NCBI GenBank assembly: GCA_963765575.1
Contig: CAVXWZ010000002.1
Location: 544,001-608,000 of the forward strand
Direction of reading: 5' to 3'
From: an uncultured cyanobacterium
GTDB lineage: Bacteria; Cyanobacteriota; Cyanobacteriia; PCC-6307; Cyanobiaceae
Length of the DNA: 64,000 nucleotides
This document shows positions 1 to 11,942 of this stretch, piece after piece. The position numbers and the translations under genes are program-made. Each line of letters opens with the position of its first letter. Position 1 is the first letter of the stretch. The notes beneath the pieces were generated by a model. It searched no databases and was not told the DNA's origin. It saw only the letters and a program-made list of their open reading frames with translations.

Positions 1-427
1 CCGTGGGACATGGCCCAGGTGGTGAACAAGCTGGGGGAGGGCGGCCTGACGCCCGAGAGCGGCCGCCTCTGGCTCACGGAGCGCGGCTCCAGCTTCGGCT
101 ACAACACCCTGGTGGTGGACTACCGCAGCGTGCCCCAGATGCAGGCGCTGGGCTGCCCGGTGATCTTCGATGCCACCCACGCCGTGCAGCAGCCGGGCGG
201 CCAGGGCACCAGCTCCGGCGGCCAGCGGGAGTTCGTGGCGCCCCTGGCCCGGGCGGCGGTGGCGGCGGGGGTGGACGGGCTGTTCATGGAGGTGCACCCC
301 GACCCCGACCAGGCCCTCAGCGACGGGCCCAACATGGTGCCCCTGCACCGGCTGGAGGCCCTGCTGCGCCAGCTGATGCAGCTGCGGGCCGTGGTGCAGG
401 ACGACCTGGCCGTCAGCACGCTACTGA
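1..427 (+). CDS. kdsA: KDO-8-phosphate synthase, 3' part (truncated at window start; as sequenced it reads in-frame into kdsC)
   Basis: Motifs [30 protein letters not shown] and [19 protein letters not shown]. The end coordinate is approximate. Confidence 0.9.
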
Positions 428-432
428 CCCCC

Positions 433-1008
433 ATGGCCGCCCCCCTGCACGCCCTGCGCTCCCGCCTGCAGCGCCTGGCGATCGGGCCGCGGCTGGCGGC
501 GGTGCAGCTGCTGGTGTGCGACGTGGACGGGGTGCTCACCGACGGCGGCCTCCACTACGACGAGGCCGGCGCTGTTGTGAAGCGCTTTGATGTGCGCGAC
601 GGCCTGGCCATCCGGCTGCTGCAGCAGGCCGGCCTCGAGGTGGCTCTGCTCAGCGGCGGCCGCAGCGGGGCGGTGGAGCACCGGGCCCGCCATCTGCAGA
701 TCCGCCACTGCCGCGTGGGGGTGGGCGACAAGCTGACGGGGCTGCGGCAGCTGCAGGCGGAGCTGGGCGCGGCGCCGGCCCACACGGCCTTCATCGGCGA
801 TGACCTCAACGATCTGGTGGTGCGGCCGGCGGCGGGGCTGCTGGTGGCGCCGGCCGATGCCGCCCGGGGCCTGCGTCGCCGGGCCGACTGGGTGCTGCGG
901 CAACGGGGTGGCCACGGCGCCGTGCGGGAGCTGGCGGAGGCGCTGCTGCAAGCGCGCGGCGCCCTGCAGGCCCTGCACCGGCAGGGCTGGCGCGACGGCA
1001 ACGGCTGA
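433..1008 (+). CDS. kdsC: KDO-8-phosphate phosphatase (HAD family)
   Basis: HAD motif [26 protein letters not shown] and GGHGAVRE; own ATG at 433. Confidence 0.85.
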   Translation: MAAPLHALRSRLQRLAIGPRLAAVQLLVCDVDGVLTDGGLHYDEAGAVVKRFDVRDGLAIRLLQQAGLEVALLSGGRSGAVEHRARHLQIRHCRVGVGDKLTGLRQLQAELGAAPAHTAFIGDDLNDLVVRPAAGLLVAPADAARGLRRRADWVLRQRGGHGAVRELAEALLQARGALQALHRQGWRDGNG

Positions 1009-1025
1009 TCAGGACAGTGCTGTGC

Positions 1026-1808
1026 TCAGGCTCCGGCGGCAGAGGAGCTCAGCCACCGCCTGGCTTGCTCCAGCTGCTCGGCGGTGTCCACCGAGAAGCA
1101 GTCCTGCTCCACCACGAAGGTGGCGATCGGCACGCCGGCCTCGATCAGCCTCAGCTGCTCGAGCTTCTCCAGCTGCTCCAACGGCGAAGGCGGCAAGGCC
1201 CCCCAGCCCGCCAGCACATCGGCTCGGTAGCCGTAGAGGCCCACGTGGCCCCAGTAGGTGGTGCGGCTGGCCCAGAGCTCGGGCGGCAGGTCGCGCACGT
1301 GGGGCAGGGCGCTGCGGGAGAAGGTGATGGCCCGACCATCGGCGGCTCGCAGCACCTTCACCACGTTGGGGTCGTGCAGCTTGGCGGCCTCGAGGGGGTA
1401 CACGGGCGTCAGCACCGGCGGAGCCCCCAGGGCCCGGAAGCGCTCCACCATCGCCTCGATGATCGAGGGATCGAGCAGGGGCTGATCTCCCTGCACATTG
1501 ATCACCAGGGTTTCGGCGGCGAGCCCGCCACCAGCTGCCACCAGCGCGTCGACCACCGAGGCCAGCCTCTCGCTGCCGCTGCTGCAACGGGGGGAGGTGA
1601 TCAGGGCCGCAAACCCCCAGGCGGCCGCCGCCTCCCGCACCAGCTCGCTGTCGGTGCACACCACCACGTGGTCCACCCCCCGGGCCTGGCCGCAGCGCTC
1701 GAGCACGTGGCGCAGCATCGGCCGGCCGGCGATGTCGGCGAGCACCTTGCCGGGCAGCCGCGAGGATTCCAGCCTCGCCGGAACGGCCACCACCACCGGG
1801 CAGGACAT
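1026..1808 (-). CDS. kdsB: 3-deoxy-manno-octulosonate cytidylyltransferase
   Basis: PARLESSRLPGKVL, VINVQGDQP, HVGLYGYR and LEKLEQLR; adjacent to kdsA/kdsC. Confidence 0.93.
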   Translation of the reverse strand: MSCPVVVAVPARLESSRLPGKVLADIAGRPMLRHVLERCGQARGVDHVVVCTDSELVREAAAAWGFAALITSPRCSSGSERLASVVDALVAAGGGLAAETLVINVQGDQPLLDPSIIEAMVERFRALGAPPVLTPVYPLEAAKLHDPNVVKVLRAADGRAITFSRSALPHVRDLPPELWASRTTYWGHVGLYGYRADVLAGWGALPPSPLEQLEKLEQLRLIEAGVPIATFVVEQDCFSVDTAEQLEQARRWLSSSAAGA

Positions 1809-1941
1809 CACAGCGGCCAAGCGGGGTGATCGGCTGGGCGGATCCTATGGGGCAGGTGAGCGGTGCGCTGCGGGGTGGGGGGCTTGAGGAGGAGTCCAGA
1901 ACGACCAGACCACCCCACGGCTCGGACCGGAAGCCAGGGCG

Positions 1942-3177
1942 CTACAGCTTCTCCTGCTCCAGTCGCTCGGCTCGCAGCTGTCGCAGCCGCTCCCCCAGCC
2001 CAGGCCCCGGCGCCTGTCCCTGGGCGATCAGTTCCCTGGCCGCCAGCGGCGATTGGAGGTCCCGCCAGCGCAGCCACCAGCGCAGCAGTGGCCGGCGAGC
2101 GCCGCTGCCCGTGACCAACGCCAGCGCCACGGCCTCGGGGGCGATCCCGGGGGTCTCCAGCACGGCACACCAGGACACCACCGAGCGCGGCGCCGCCTCG
2201 CCGCCCAGCGCCGCCAGGGCGGCCCGCAGCTCCAGCCACTGGGCCAGCAGGCGGTGCTGGCGGTGGGGCAACTGCAGCCGCTCGGCCAGGGCGAGGGGAT
2301 CGGCGGCCCCGGCCACCAGGGCCACCAGCAGCGGCAGGCCGGCCCGCTGGGCCCAGCGCAGGCGGCGGTGCCAGTGGTGATCGGCCTGCAGCTGGGCATC
2401 CAGCAGGGCCAGACCACCCCAGTTCTGCAGCAGCGCCAGGGCCTGGGGCCAGGGTTCACGCCGCAGCAGCAGCTCCAGCTCCATGCGCAGCCGGGTGCCG
2501 AGGGCGGCTGGCGCCTGGCCCGGCCGCTCGCCGGAATGCCAGGCCCAGGGCCAGGCCGCCAGGGTGCGCCGGGCCTGCTCCCGGCTGCCGGCCTCCAGCT
2601 GGAACCCCAGCCGGGCCCCATAGCGGGCGCCGCGCACCAGCCGGCTGGGGTCGTCCCGCAGGCTGTGGGGGTGCAGCAGCCGCAGCTGCCGCCGCTGCAG
2701 GTCGGCCTGGCCGCCATGGGGGTCGAGCAGCTCGCCGCTGGCCAGATCCAGGGCGATGGCATTGATCGTGAAGTCGCGGCGGGCCAGGTCGTCGGCGAGC
2801 CGGCCCGGCACCACCTTCGGGTTCTCGCCCGGCTGCGGGTAGGTCTCGCGGCGGGCTGTGGCCACATCCAGCAGCACCGTCTGCCCCTCGAGGTGCAGCT
2901 CCAGCTCCACCGTGCCGAAGGCCCCGTGCTCCTGGGCCCCCCGCAGGGCCCCCGGCGGCAGGGCCGCCTCCAGCCGCCGCACCAGGGCGCTGGCGGAGCC
3001 ATCCGCCACCAGATCCAGGTCGGGCACGCCGCGCCAGGGGTCGTTGTGCACCCGGTGCAGCAGCAGATCGCGCACGGCGCCCCCCACCAGCGCCAGCCGC
3101 TGCCCGGAGGCCTCTCCCTGCCGCGCCACCGCGGCCAGGGCGGCCGAGAGCACCGCGGGAATGCCGGGAACGTCCAA
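1942..3177 (-). CDS. tRNA nucleotidyltransferase (CCA/A-adding enzyme family)
   Basis: LVGGAVRDLLL, DLDLV, DLARRDFTINAIA and SLRDDPSRLVRGARY; probable TTG start at 3177, just after the pcrA stop. Confidence 0.85.
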   Translation of the reverse strand: MDVPGIPAVLSAALAAVARQGEASGQRLALVGGAVRDLLLHRVHNDPWRGVPDLDLVADGSASALVRRLEAALPPGALRGAQEHGAFGTVELELHLEGQTVLLDVATARRETYPQPGENPKVVPGRLADDLARRDFTINAIALDLASGELLDPHGGQADLQRRQLRLLHPHSLRDDPSRLVRGARYGARLGFQLEAGSREQARRTLAAWPWAWHSGERPGQAPAALGTRLRMELELLLRREPWPQALALLQNWGGLALLDAQLQADHHWHRRLRWAQRAGLPLLVALVAGAADPLALAERLQLPHRQHRLLAQWLELRAALAALGGEAAPRSVVSWCAVLETPGIAPEAVALALVTGSGARRPLLRWWLRWRDLQSPLAARELIAQGQAPGPGLGERLRQLRAERLEQEKL

Positions 3178-3185
3178 GGCCGGCC

Positions 3186-5592
3186 TCAGAGCGGCTCGAT
3201 CGGCGCCAGGCGCGGATCGAGGATCTTGGGGCCCATGCCGTCGAATTTCACGGCGATCGAGATCTTCTCGCCGCTGCCGAACAGGTGGGTCACGTGCCCC
3301 TCCCCGAAGGCGCTGTGGCGCAGCCGATCGCCCACCGCCCAGGTCTTGCCGGCGCCGCCGCCATCGCGCGCGGCGCACCGCATTGGCCGGGGCACCGGCG
3401 GCGCCGCCGGCGGCCACCCGGCGGCTGTCCTCGCGGTCCACCCGGCTGAGGCGATCGAGGCGCTGCTCGCGGCGGATGGCGGCGCCGCCGCTGCGGGGGA
3501 TGTCGCCCTGCACCAGCTCCTCGGGCAGCTCCGAGAGGAACACCGAGGGCACCGCCGGCTCCCGCATGCCCCCCCACAGCCGCCGCTCGCTGGCATGGGA
3601 GAGAAACAGCCGCTCCTTGGCGCGGGTAATGCCCACGTAGCAGAGGCGCCGCTCCTCCTCCAGGGCGGAGGGGTCATCCAGGGAGCGGTAGCTGGGGAAC
3701 AGGCCCTGCTCCATCCCCACCAGGAACACCACCGGAAACTCCAGGCCCTTGCTGGCGTGCAGGGTCATCAGCGTCACCCGATCCTGCTGGGTGTCCTTGC
3801 TGTCGGCATCGCTGGCCAGGGCCGCTGAGGCCAGGAAATCCTCGAGCGAGCCCTCCTCGTTCTCCTCCTGGTACTGCAGGGCGGCGTTCACCAGCTCGTT
3901 GAGGTTGCGGCGGCGGTCTTCGGCCTCGTCGGTGCCGGCGGCGATCAGCTCGGCCAGATAGCCGCTCTGCTCCATCACCCGCTGCAGCAGCTCCGACGGC
4001 GGCACGTCCTGGGCACAGCGCTGCAGGCCGTTGATCAGCTCGCAGAACTGCAGCAGACCCTTCGCCGATCGTCCCCCCAGCGAGCGCACCGCCTCGGCAT
4101 CGCTGACCACATCCCAGAGGGGGATGGCGAGCTGGCTGGCGGCATCGGTGAGGCGCTCGATCGTGGTCTTGCCGATGCCGCGGCGGGGCACATTCAGCAC
4201 CCGCAGCAGGCTCACCGTGTCGGCCGGATTCACCAGCAACTTCAGGTAGGCGAGGATGTCCTTCACCTCGCGCCGGTCGTAGAAGCGCAGGCCCCCCACC
4301 ACGATGTAGGGGATGCCCCAGCGCACCAGCGACTCCTCCATGGCCCGGCTCTGGGCGTTGGTGCGATAGAGCACGGCCATGTCGCCCCAGCGCAGCTCCT
4401 CGTGGGCGGCATCCAGCAGGCGCATGCGCTGCACCACCGCCTCGGCCTCGGCGATCTCGTCGTCGCAGCGGGTGAGGGTGATCGGCTCGCCCTCGCCGCG
4501 GGTGGGGCGCAGCACCTTGTCGATGCGCTCGCTGTTGTGGGCGATCAGGGCGTTGGCCGCCTCCAGGATCGTGGCGGTGGAGCGGTAGTTCTCCTCCAGC
4601 TTCACCATCGTGCGGGTGGCCTCATCGGCGGCGCCATCGCCGAAGTCGTCCTGAAAGCCCATCAGGATCGTGAAGTCGGCGGCGCGAAAGCTGTAGATGC
4701 TCTGGTCGGCATCACCCACCACGAACACCGAGCGGCCGCTCCAGTCGTCGAAGGTCTCCGGATCGCGGCCACCGGTGACCAGCAGCTTGATCAGGTCGTA
4801 CTGGGTGCGGTTGGTGTCCTGGTATTCATCCACCAGCACATGGCGAAAACGTCGGTGCCAGTAGTGGCGGATCTGCTCGTTCTGGCGCAGCAGCTGCACC
4901 GGCAACAGCAGCAGGTCGTCGAAGTCGAGGGCGTTGTTGGCCGCCAGGGCGCGGCGGTAGCGGCGGTAGGTGTCGGCCATCAGCTTGCCCCGCTGGCCGC
5001 CGGCATCGGCCTCCAGTTGCTCGGGCATCCAGCCCTGGTTCTTGGCGTTGCTGATCGCCCAGCGCACCTTCTTGGGCTCGAAGCGCTTGGGGTCGAGGCC
5101 CAGCTCCTGGGTCACGATCTCCTTCACCAGGCTCTGGGCGTCGCCCTCGTCGTAGATCGAGAACTGGCGCGTCCAGCTCAGCCCTTCCTGATCCCTGTAC
5201 TTGTCGATGTCGAAGCGCAGCAGCCGCGCGAACAGGGCGTGGAAGGTGCCGATCCAGAGGTCCTTGATCACCTCGCGGTAGATGCGGCTGCGCAGCTGGC
5301 GCTGCTCCACCGGCGGCAGGGTGCTCCAGGGCTGGCCGAACTGGCTCTGGGCCAGCTTCTGGGCCAGCAGCAGCTCCAGCCGCTCCTTCATCTCCCGTGC
5401 CGCCTTGTTGGTGAAGGTCACCGCCAGCAGCTCGGCCGGATCCACGCCGTGGTGGCCCACCAGGTGGGCGATGCGGTGGGTGAGGGCGCGGGTTTTGCCG
5501 CTGCCGGCACCGGCCACCACCAGCAGCGGACCGCTGTGGTGGTCCGCCGCCCGGCGCTGGGCGTCGTTCAGGCCGCTGAGAAAGGCGCTCAT
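3186..5592 (-). CDS. pcrA: ATP-dependent DNA helicase PcrA/UvrD (one frameshift near 3370, probably an assembly error)
   Basis: AGAGSGKT, VDEYQDTN, VVGDADQSIYSFR and EEERRLCYVGITRA. The Tudor-like tail WAVGDRLRHSAFGEG...KILDPRLAPIEPL* lies in another frame and ends at 3186. Confidence 0.9.
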
Positions 5593-5602
5593 CGATCCAA
5601 CC

Positions 5603-6676
5603 CTAGGCACCGCGCCGCAGCCGGCCCGGGGGCAGCAGCCGGCGCAGACGGTCGCGCCAGCGGCGCCAGCGCAGGGCCATCAGCGCCGGCGCCCGCAGCG
5701 GCGGCTCGCCCGCCTCCAGCCGATCGAGGTGGCCATTGATCGCCTCCAGGGCCTGGCACCAGCACTGGCGCAGGCGGGGTTCGCTGTGCTCCTCCAGCAG
5801 GGCCTCCAGCCGCCGCGCTGGCGGCAGCCAGGCCCCCGGAGCGGCGACGGCGGCGGCGATGTGCTCCACGTCGGCCGCCAGGGTGCCGGCGCCGAGCTGG
5901 TGGGCCATGCCGCCGGGGTCGAGGCTGTCGGCCAGGGCGTGGTTGAAGCTGCTGAACACCACGCAGCCGCAGGCCAGGGCCTCCAGGGGCGGCAGGCCGA
6001 AGCCCTCGCTCACGCCACTGGCGCGCCAGTGGTCGGCCGAGTCGTAGAGCACCACCGTGGCGCTGTTGAACAGATCCACCAGGTCGTCCACCCAGCCGTC
6101 CTGCACCGTCACCGCCAGGCCGCGGGCGCGCAGGGCCGGCAGCAAGCGCTCCAGCAGGTAGGCACTGCTCTTGCGCCGCTGCACCAGCACATCAATCGAG
6201 CGCCCGCCCGGGGCTGGTTCGCCGGACAGGTTGGAGCCGCGATCGCCGCGCTGGTGCCAGCTCGGTGCGAGGGCGTTGGGCACCAGGAACAGGGGGTTGC
6301 GGCTGGCCCACTGACCCCAGTAGCCCAGGGTGTTGCGGCTGGCGGCGAGCACCGGCACCCCGGGCGGCAGCCGGAAGCCGTAGCCGCTGCTGTGGGCGTG
6401 GTAGGCCACCGGCCGGCCGCGCAGGGCGCGCAGCTGGCGCGGCACCTCAAATCCCCAGCTGACGATCCAGAGCGCCTGCCGGGCCGCGGCGCCGCTGAGC
6501 GGCTCGGCGCGCAGCAGATCGGCCAGAAACGGCCGGCCCGGCTCCCGCTGCCGGTAGGTCACCACCTCGGTGGGCAGCACATCCGCCAGCAGGCGAGCCG
6601 TCTGCAGCTCCACCAGCAGGCCACCGCTGCGCAGGCGGCCGCTGGTGCCGGGCACCAGAAAGCGGAGGGGACGCAA
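5603..6676 (-). CDS. Glycosyltransferase (GT-B/GT4-like)
   Basis: EGFGLPPLEALACGCVVFSS motif. Confidence 0.75.
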   Translation of the reverse strand: MRPLRFLVPGTSGRLRSGGLLVELQTARLLADVLPTEVVTYRQREPGRPFLADLLRAEPLSGAAARQALWIVSWGFEVPRQLRALRGRPVAYHAHSSGYGFRLPPGVPVLAASRNTLGYWGQWASRNPLFLVPNALAPSWHQRGDRGSNLSGEPAPGGRSIDVLVQRRKSSAYLLERLLPALRARGLAVTVQDGWVDDLVDLFNSATVVLYDSADHWRASGVSEGFGLPPLEALACGCVVFSSFNHALADSLDPGGMAHQLGAGTLAADVEHIAAAVAAPGAWLPPARRLEALLEEHSEPRLRQCWCQALEAINGHLDRLEAGEPPLRAPALMALRWRRWRDRLRRLLPPGRLRRGA

Positions 6677-6737
6677 GGGTGACTCAGCCGGGCGAGCCGA
6701 CTTTGCCGCAACCGGGAGGCAACTCAGGCGCGGCGAC

Positions 6738-7457
6738 TCAGGCGGCGACGGGCTCGGTGCTGCCGGTGCGCTGGCGGCGGGTGAGGAAGCCGAACAGCAC
6801 CTTGCCGATGGCGGCGATCAGGTTGCCTTCCAGCTCCTGGAACATCTTCATGTTCAGGTGGAAGGCGTGGTTGGCCTCAGCCACGATGCGATCGGCGGTG
6901 GCCTGGTCGATCGGCAGGGCGTCGAGGGTGGCGCGATAGCCCACCTTGAAGGCCTTCTCGTCGGGGATGGCGTCGAACTCGTAGAAGCGCAGACCGTCGT
7001 GCTCCCCCAGGTTCATGGCCTTCTGGGCGATGTTCTTGAGGATCTGGCCACCGGAGAGATCACCGATGTAGCGGGTGTAGTGGTGACCCACCAGCAACTC
7101 GGGGCTCTCGGCCGCCAGCTGGTGGATGCGCGCCACATACTCCTGGGCGGCGGGGGTGGCGACGATGACCTTGCGCCAGTCGGCACCGAAGTAGTAGGCG
7201 AGGTCTTGCTCGAGGGCCTCCCGGCGGTTGAGTTCTGGAGAGCCCACCGGTGCCATCACCGGATGGCCCTGCTCGCGCAGCTTGCCGATCTCCTCCTCCA
7301 TCGCCGCGTACACGAAATAGAGGTCGGCCACCAGGGTGCGGTAGCTGGCCTTGTCCACCACACCCTTGAGGAAGCAACTCACGAAGCCGGTGTTCTCCGC
7401 CATCGTGTGGGCTTTCTTGGTCCCTTCACGAAGCTGGGAGGCGAGGGCAACGGCCAT
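6738..7457 (-). CDS. ho1: Heme oxygenase (biliverdin-producing)
   Basis: LREGTKKAHTMAENTGF, HHYTRYIGDLSGGQIL and EANHAFHLNM. Confidence 0.95.
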   Translation of the reverse strand: MAVALASQLREGTKKAHTMAENTGFVSCFLKGVVDKASYRTLVADLYFVYAAMEEEIGKLREQGHPVMAPVGSPELNRREALEQDLAYYFGADWRKVIVATPAAQEYVARIHQLAAESPELLVGHHYTRYIGDLSGGQILKNIAQKAMNLGEHDGLRFYEFDAIPDEKAFKVGYRATLDALPIDQATADRIVAEANHAFHLNMKMFQELEGNLIAAIGKVLFGFLTRRQRTGSTEPVAA

Positions 7458-7535
7458 GGGATTGGGGGCTCGACGCAGTCAGGCAGCCACCGTAGTTCTG
7501 CCGTCCCGTGGCGGGCCTGTTCAGGTTGCGAAGGG

Positions 7536-8009
7536 TTACGCCACAGCGGCGTCACTGCCGCTGTCGGCGTCGCTGAACAGCTCGAACAGATCGCGGCAGA
7601 ACTGCTGCAGCTGGGCCACCACCACCGCCTGGGGCAGGTGGCTGCCGGAGGCCTGCCAGTCGCCCATGGTGGCCAGCCGCCAGCGTTCGCGCTCGTAGGT
7701 GAGGCCGCGGATCAGCACGCCGATCAGCCGCGGCCGCGCCGGCAGCTGCAGGGCCTGGGCCGGCCCCTGGGGCGGCTGCTCCAGGCGCAGCTGCACCAGC
7801 ATCGAGCGGCACTGGTTGCGCGGGTTCCAGCCGGGAAAGTGAAAGGAGAGGTCGAGGCTCTCCTGCTCGGCCCAGGCGCGGGTGAGCGGGTCGTCGCGCC
7901 AGGGGGTGAGGTTGGCCCGGGCGTCGGGAAAGCGGCTGCGAAACAGGGCACCCACCGAGGCGATCGCCTGGGCCAGTTCCAGATTGCGGGCCTGGTCGGC
8001 GGCGTTCAT
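7536..8009 (-). CDS. Conserved hypothetical protein
   Basis: 157-aa ORF with host-like codon usage filling the ho1-icd gap. Confidence 0.7.
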   Translation of the reverse strand: MNAADQARNLELAQAIASVGALFRSRFPDARANLTPWRDDPLTRAWAEQESLDLSFHFPGWNPRNQCRSMLVQLRLEQPPQGPAQALQLPARPRLIGVLIRGLTYERERWRLATMGDWQASGSHLPQAVVVAQLQQFCRDLFELFSDADSGSDAAVA

Positions 8010-8121
8010 GCCGGATGCGCTGGTGAGCTGGTTTGGTGCGTCGTTGCGGACAAGCGGTTGCTGCTGAGCAGAACCGGCCGGACCTGAAACCTAATGTCGG
8101 CGCTGCATCAGTGCCGCAGGA

Positions 8122-9564
<1,443 letters not shown>

Positions 9565-9607
9565 GGCCCAGCCCCCAGCCCGCAACATCGCCGGGCAGAG
9601 TGAAGCC

Positions 9608-10939
9608 ATGACACTGCCCGGCCTACCGCAAGGGATCACCGACCCCTGCGTGCACTGCGGCTTCTGCCTGCCCAGCTGCGCCAGCTACCGGGTGCTGGGC
9701 ACGGAGATGGACTCGCCCCGGGGCCGCATCCACGCCCTCAAGGCGATCGAGGCCGGTGAGCTGCAGCTCGATGCCACGGTGGCGCAGCACTTCGACAGCT
9801 GCCTGGGCTGCCTGGCCTGCGTGAGCGCCTGCCCGTCGGGGGTGCGCTACGACCAGCTGATCGAGGCCACCCGCCCCAAACTGAACGCACCCGAGCTGCG
9901 CACGCCGGCCCAGCGCGCCCTGCGCCGACTGCTGTTCGCCCTTCTCCCCTACCCCAAACGGCTGCGGGCGGTGCTCACGCCCCTGCGGGCCTACGCCGGC
10001 ACACCGCTGCAGGCCCTGGCGCGGCGCAGCGGCCTCACCAAGCTGTTCGGGCCCCAGCTCGAGGCGATGGAGCGGCTGCTGCCGGCACTGGCGCCGGAGG
10101 CCTTCCGCGACGACCTCCCCCGGGTGGTGCCCGCCCAGGGAGAGCGGCGGGCGCGGGTGGGGCTGGTGCTGGGCTGCGTGCAGCGGCTGTTCGATCCGGC
10201 GGTCAACCGGGCGGCGCTGGAGGTGCTCAGCGCCAACGGCATCGAGGTGGTGATTCCGGCGGAGCAGGGCTGCTGCGGGGCCGCCACCCACCACCAGGGC
10301 GAACTGGAGCAGACGCGGGAGCTGGCGAGCGCCCTGGTCGAGAGCTTCGCGGCGGCGGGACCGCTGGATGCGGTGCTGGTGGCCGCCTCCGGCTGCGGCC
10401 ACACGCTCAAGCACTACGACGCGATCCTGGCCGAGGAGCCCGACTGGGCGGAGCGCGGCGCGGCCTTCGCGGGGCAGGTGCGGGACGCCCATGAGTTCCT
10501 GGCAACGCTGGGGCTGAGCGCGGCCTTCCGCTCGCGGCTGGCGCCGCTGCAGCACGCCGACGGCAGTGCGGCCAGTGCCGAGCGGCCGCTGGCGGTGGCC
10601 TACCACGACGCCTGCCACATGCTCCACGGCCAGGGCATCCGCGAGCAGCCACGCCAGCTGCTGCGCCACATCCCCCACCTGCGGCTGAAGGAGGCGGTGG
10701 AGGCGGGCGTGTGCTGCGGCAGCGCCGGCATTTACAACCTGGTGCAGCCGGTGGAGGCGGCGGAGCTGGGCCAGATCAAGGCCGCCGACCTCTGCGGCAC
10801 TGGCGCCGAGCTGGCGGCGAGTGCCAACATCGGCTGCACACTGCAGATCCGCCAGCACATGGCCAGCCAGGACCAGCCCCTGCCGGTGCTGCACCCTCTG
10901 GAGCTGCTGCAGCGCAGCTGGCAAGCGGGCAGGCGATGA
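9608..10939 (+). CDS. glcF: Glycolate oxidase iron-sulfur subunit
   Basis: Two CxxCxxCxxxC ferredoxin motifs plus two CCG domains (QGCCGA, VCCGSAGIYN). Confidence 0.88.
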   Translation: MTLPGLPQGITDPCVHCGFCLPSCASYRVLGTEMDSPRGRIHALKAIEAGELQLDATVAQHFDSCLGCLACVSACPSGVRYDQLIEATRPKLNAPELRTPAQRALRRLLFALLPYPKRLRAVLTPLRAYAGTPLQALARRSGLTKLFGPQLEAMERLLPALAPEAFRDDLPRVVPAQGERRARVGLVLGCVQRLFDPAVNRAALEVLSANGIEVVIPAEQGCCGAATHHQGELEQTRELASALVESFAAAGPLDAVLVAASGCGHTLKHYDAILAEEPDWAERGAAFAGQVRDAHEFLATLGLSAAFRSRLAPLQHADGSAASAERPLAVAYHDACHMLHGQGIREQPRQLLRHIPHLRLKEAVEAGVCCGSAGIYNLVQPVEAAELGQIKAADLCGTGAELAASANIGCTLQIRQHMASQDQPLPVLHPLELLQRSWQAGRR

Positions 10940-11676
10940 GCCGCGAAGCGCCCAACCTGGCCGTGCTGATTGATTCCGACAACGCCCAGGCGGCCGTGAT
11001 CAGCGACCTGCTGGCGGAGATCGCCCAGGTGGGCACCGCCACCGTGAAACGCGCCTACGGCGACTGGACCACGCCGCAGCTGGGCAGCTGGAAGGAGGTG
11101 CTGAATGTGCACGCGATCGTGCCGGTGCAGCAGTTCAGCTACACCAGCGGCAAGAACGCCACCGATTCGGCCCTGATCATCGACGCCATGGACCTGATGC
11201 ACAGCGGCCGGGTGGAGGGCTTCTGCCTGGTGTCGTCAGACAGCGATTTCACCCGCCTGGCCACCCGCATCCGCGAGCAGGGGCTGCTGGTAATCGGCTT
11301 CGGCGAGCGCAAAACACCCAAGCCCTTCGTGGCCGCCTGCGACCGCTTTCTTTACACCGACATCCTCAAGCGCGGCGGCAGCTCCAGTGGCGGGAGCCGT
11401 CGCTCGGCCGGCGACAGCAGCGACGACAGCGCGCCACCACTGAAGCCTTTCCTGAGCGAGGCGATCATGGCTGTGACCCAGGAGGACGGCTGGGCGCCGC
11501 TGGGCATGGTGGGCAGCCTGCTGCAAAAGAACGACCCCTCCTTCGATGCCCGCAGCTATGGCTTCCGCAAACTGAGCGAGTTGGTGAAGGCCCAGACCTA
11601 CCTCAGGGTGAAGGAAGTGCCGATGGCCCAAGGCAGCCAGCAGATGCATCTGTTCGTGCAGGTGCATGGGGGGTGA
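10936..11676 (+). CDS. NYN-domain (PIN-like, LabA/DUF88) protein with C-terminal OST-HTH/LOTUS domain
   Basis: LIDSDN, KRAYGDW, KNATDSALIIDAMD and LVSSDSDFTRLA; C-terminal PSFDARSYGFRKLSELV; ATGA overlap with the glcF stop. Confidence 0.85.
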   Translation: MSREAPNLAVLIDSDNAQAAVISDLLAEIAQVGTATVKRAYGDWTTPQLGSWKEVLNVHAIVPVQQFSYTSGKNATDSALIIDAMDLMHSGRVEGFCLVSSDSDFTRLATRIREQGLLVIGFGERKTPKPFVAACDRFLYTDILKRGGSSSGGSRRSAGDSSDDSAPPLKPFLSEAIMAVTQEDGWAPLGMVGSLLQKNDPSFDARSYGFRKLSELVKAQTYLRVKEVPMAQGSQQMHLFVQVHGG

Positions 11677-11697
11677 GGGTGGCAGGACTGGGCCGTG

Positions 11698-11857
11698 GAT
11701 ACCGGGTCCGCCTAACAAGCCAGGCCGCGGAGAGGGCAGCTTCAGACGTGTGATTGACACTGGCATTGAGGCTCTGGGAAGCGCAATGCAAAGCGGGATA
11801 GGCGGCAAGGGGCTGGCTACGCTGGTGGTTAACGGACCCGCATAATGAGCGTTAGGC
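11698..11857 (+). mobile_element. Long attC-like site, left arm degenerate (attC0)
   Basis: R' core GTTAGGC at 11851; inner arms CGGGTCCG (11703) / CGGACCCG (11833); CCGCCTAAC (11708) is a perfect complement of GTTAGGCGG (11851). Confidence 0.6.
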
Positions 11858-11942
11858 GGGCGAGAGCGTTACCAGCCTTCTGCAAGCCTCCCTGACGAAG
11901 CTCTAGGCTGTCAGCAACAGAGCCAAGCATTCATCTATCCGC

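Noticed and set aside
1942..5610. 1222-aa helicase / tRNA nucleotidyltransferase fusion in the ORF track
   Set aside because: The genuine PcrA C-terminal domain and its stop (3186) lie in another frame. The linker is out-of-frame sequence produced by one indel near 3370.
11754..11790. TTGACA as a cassette promoter (Pc)
   Set aside because: There is no recognisable -10 hexamer at 16-18 bp spacing, and it lies inside the attC0 loop.
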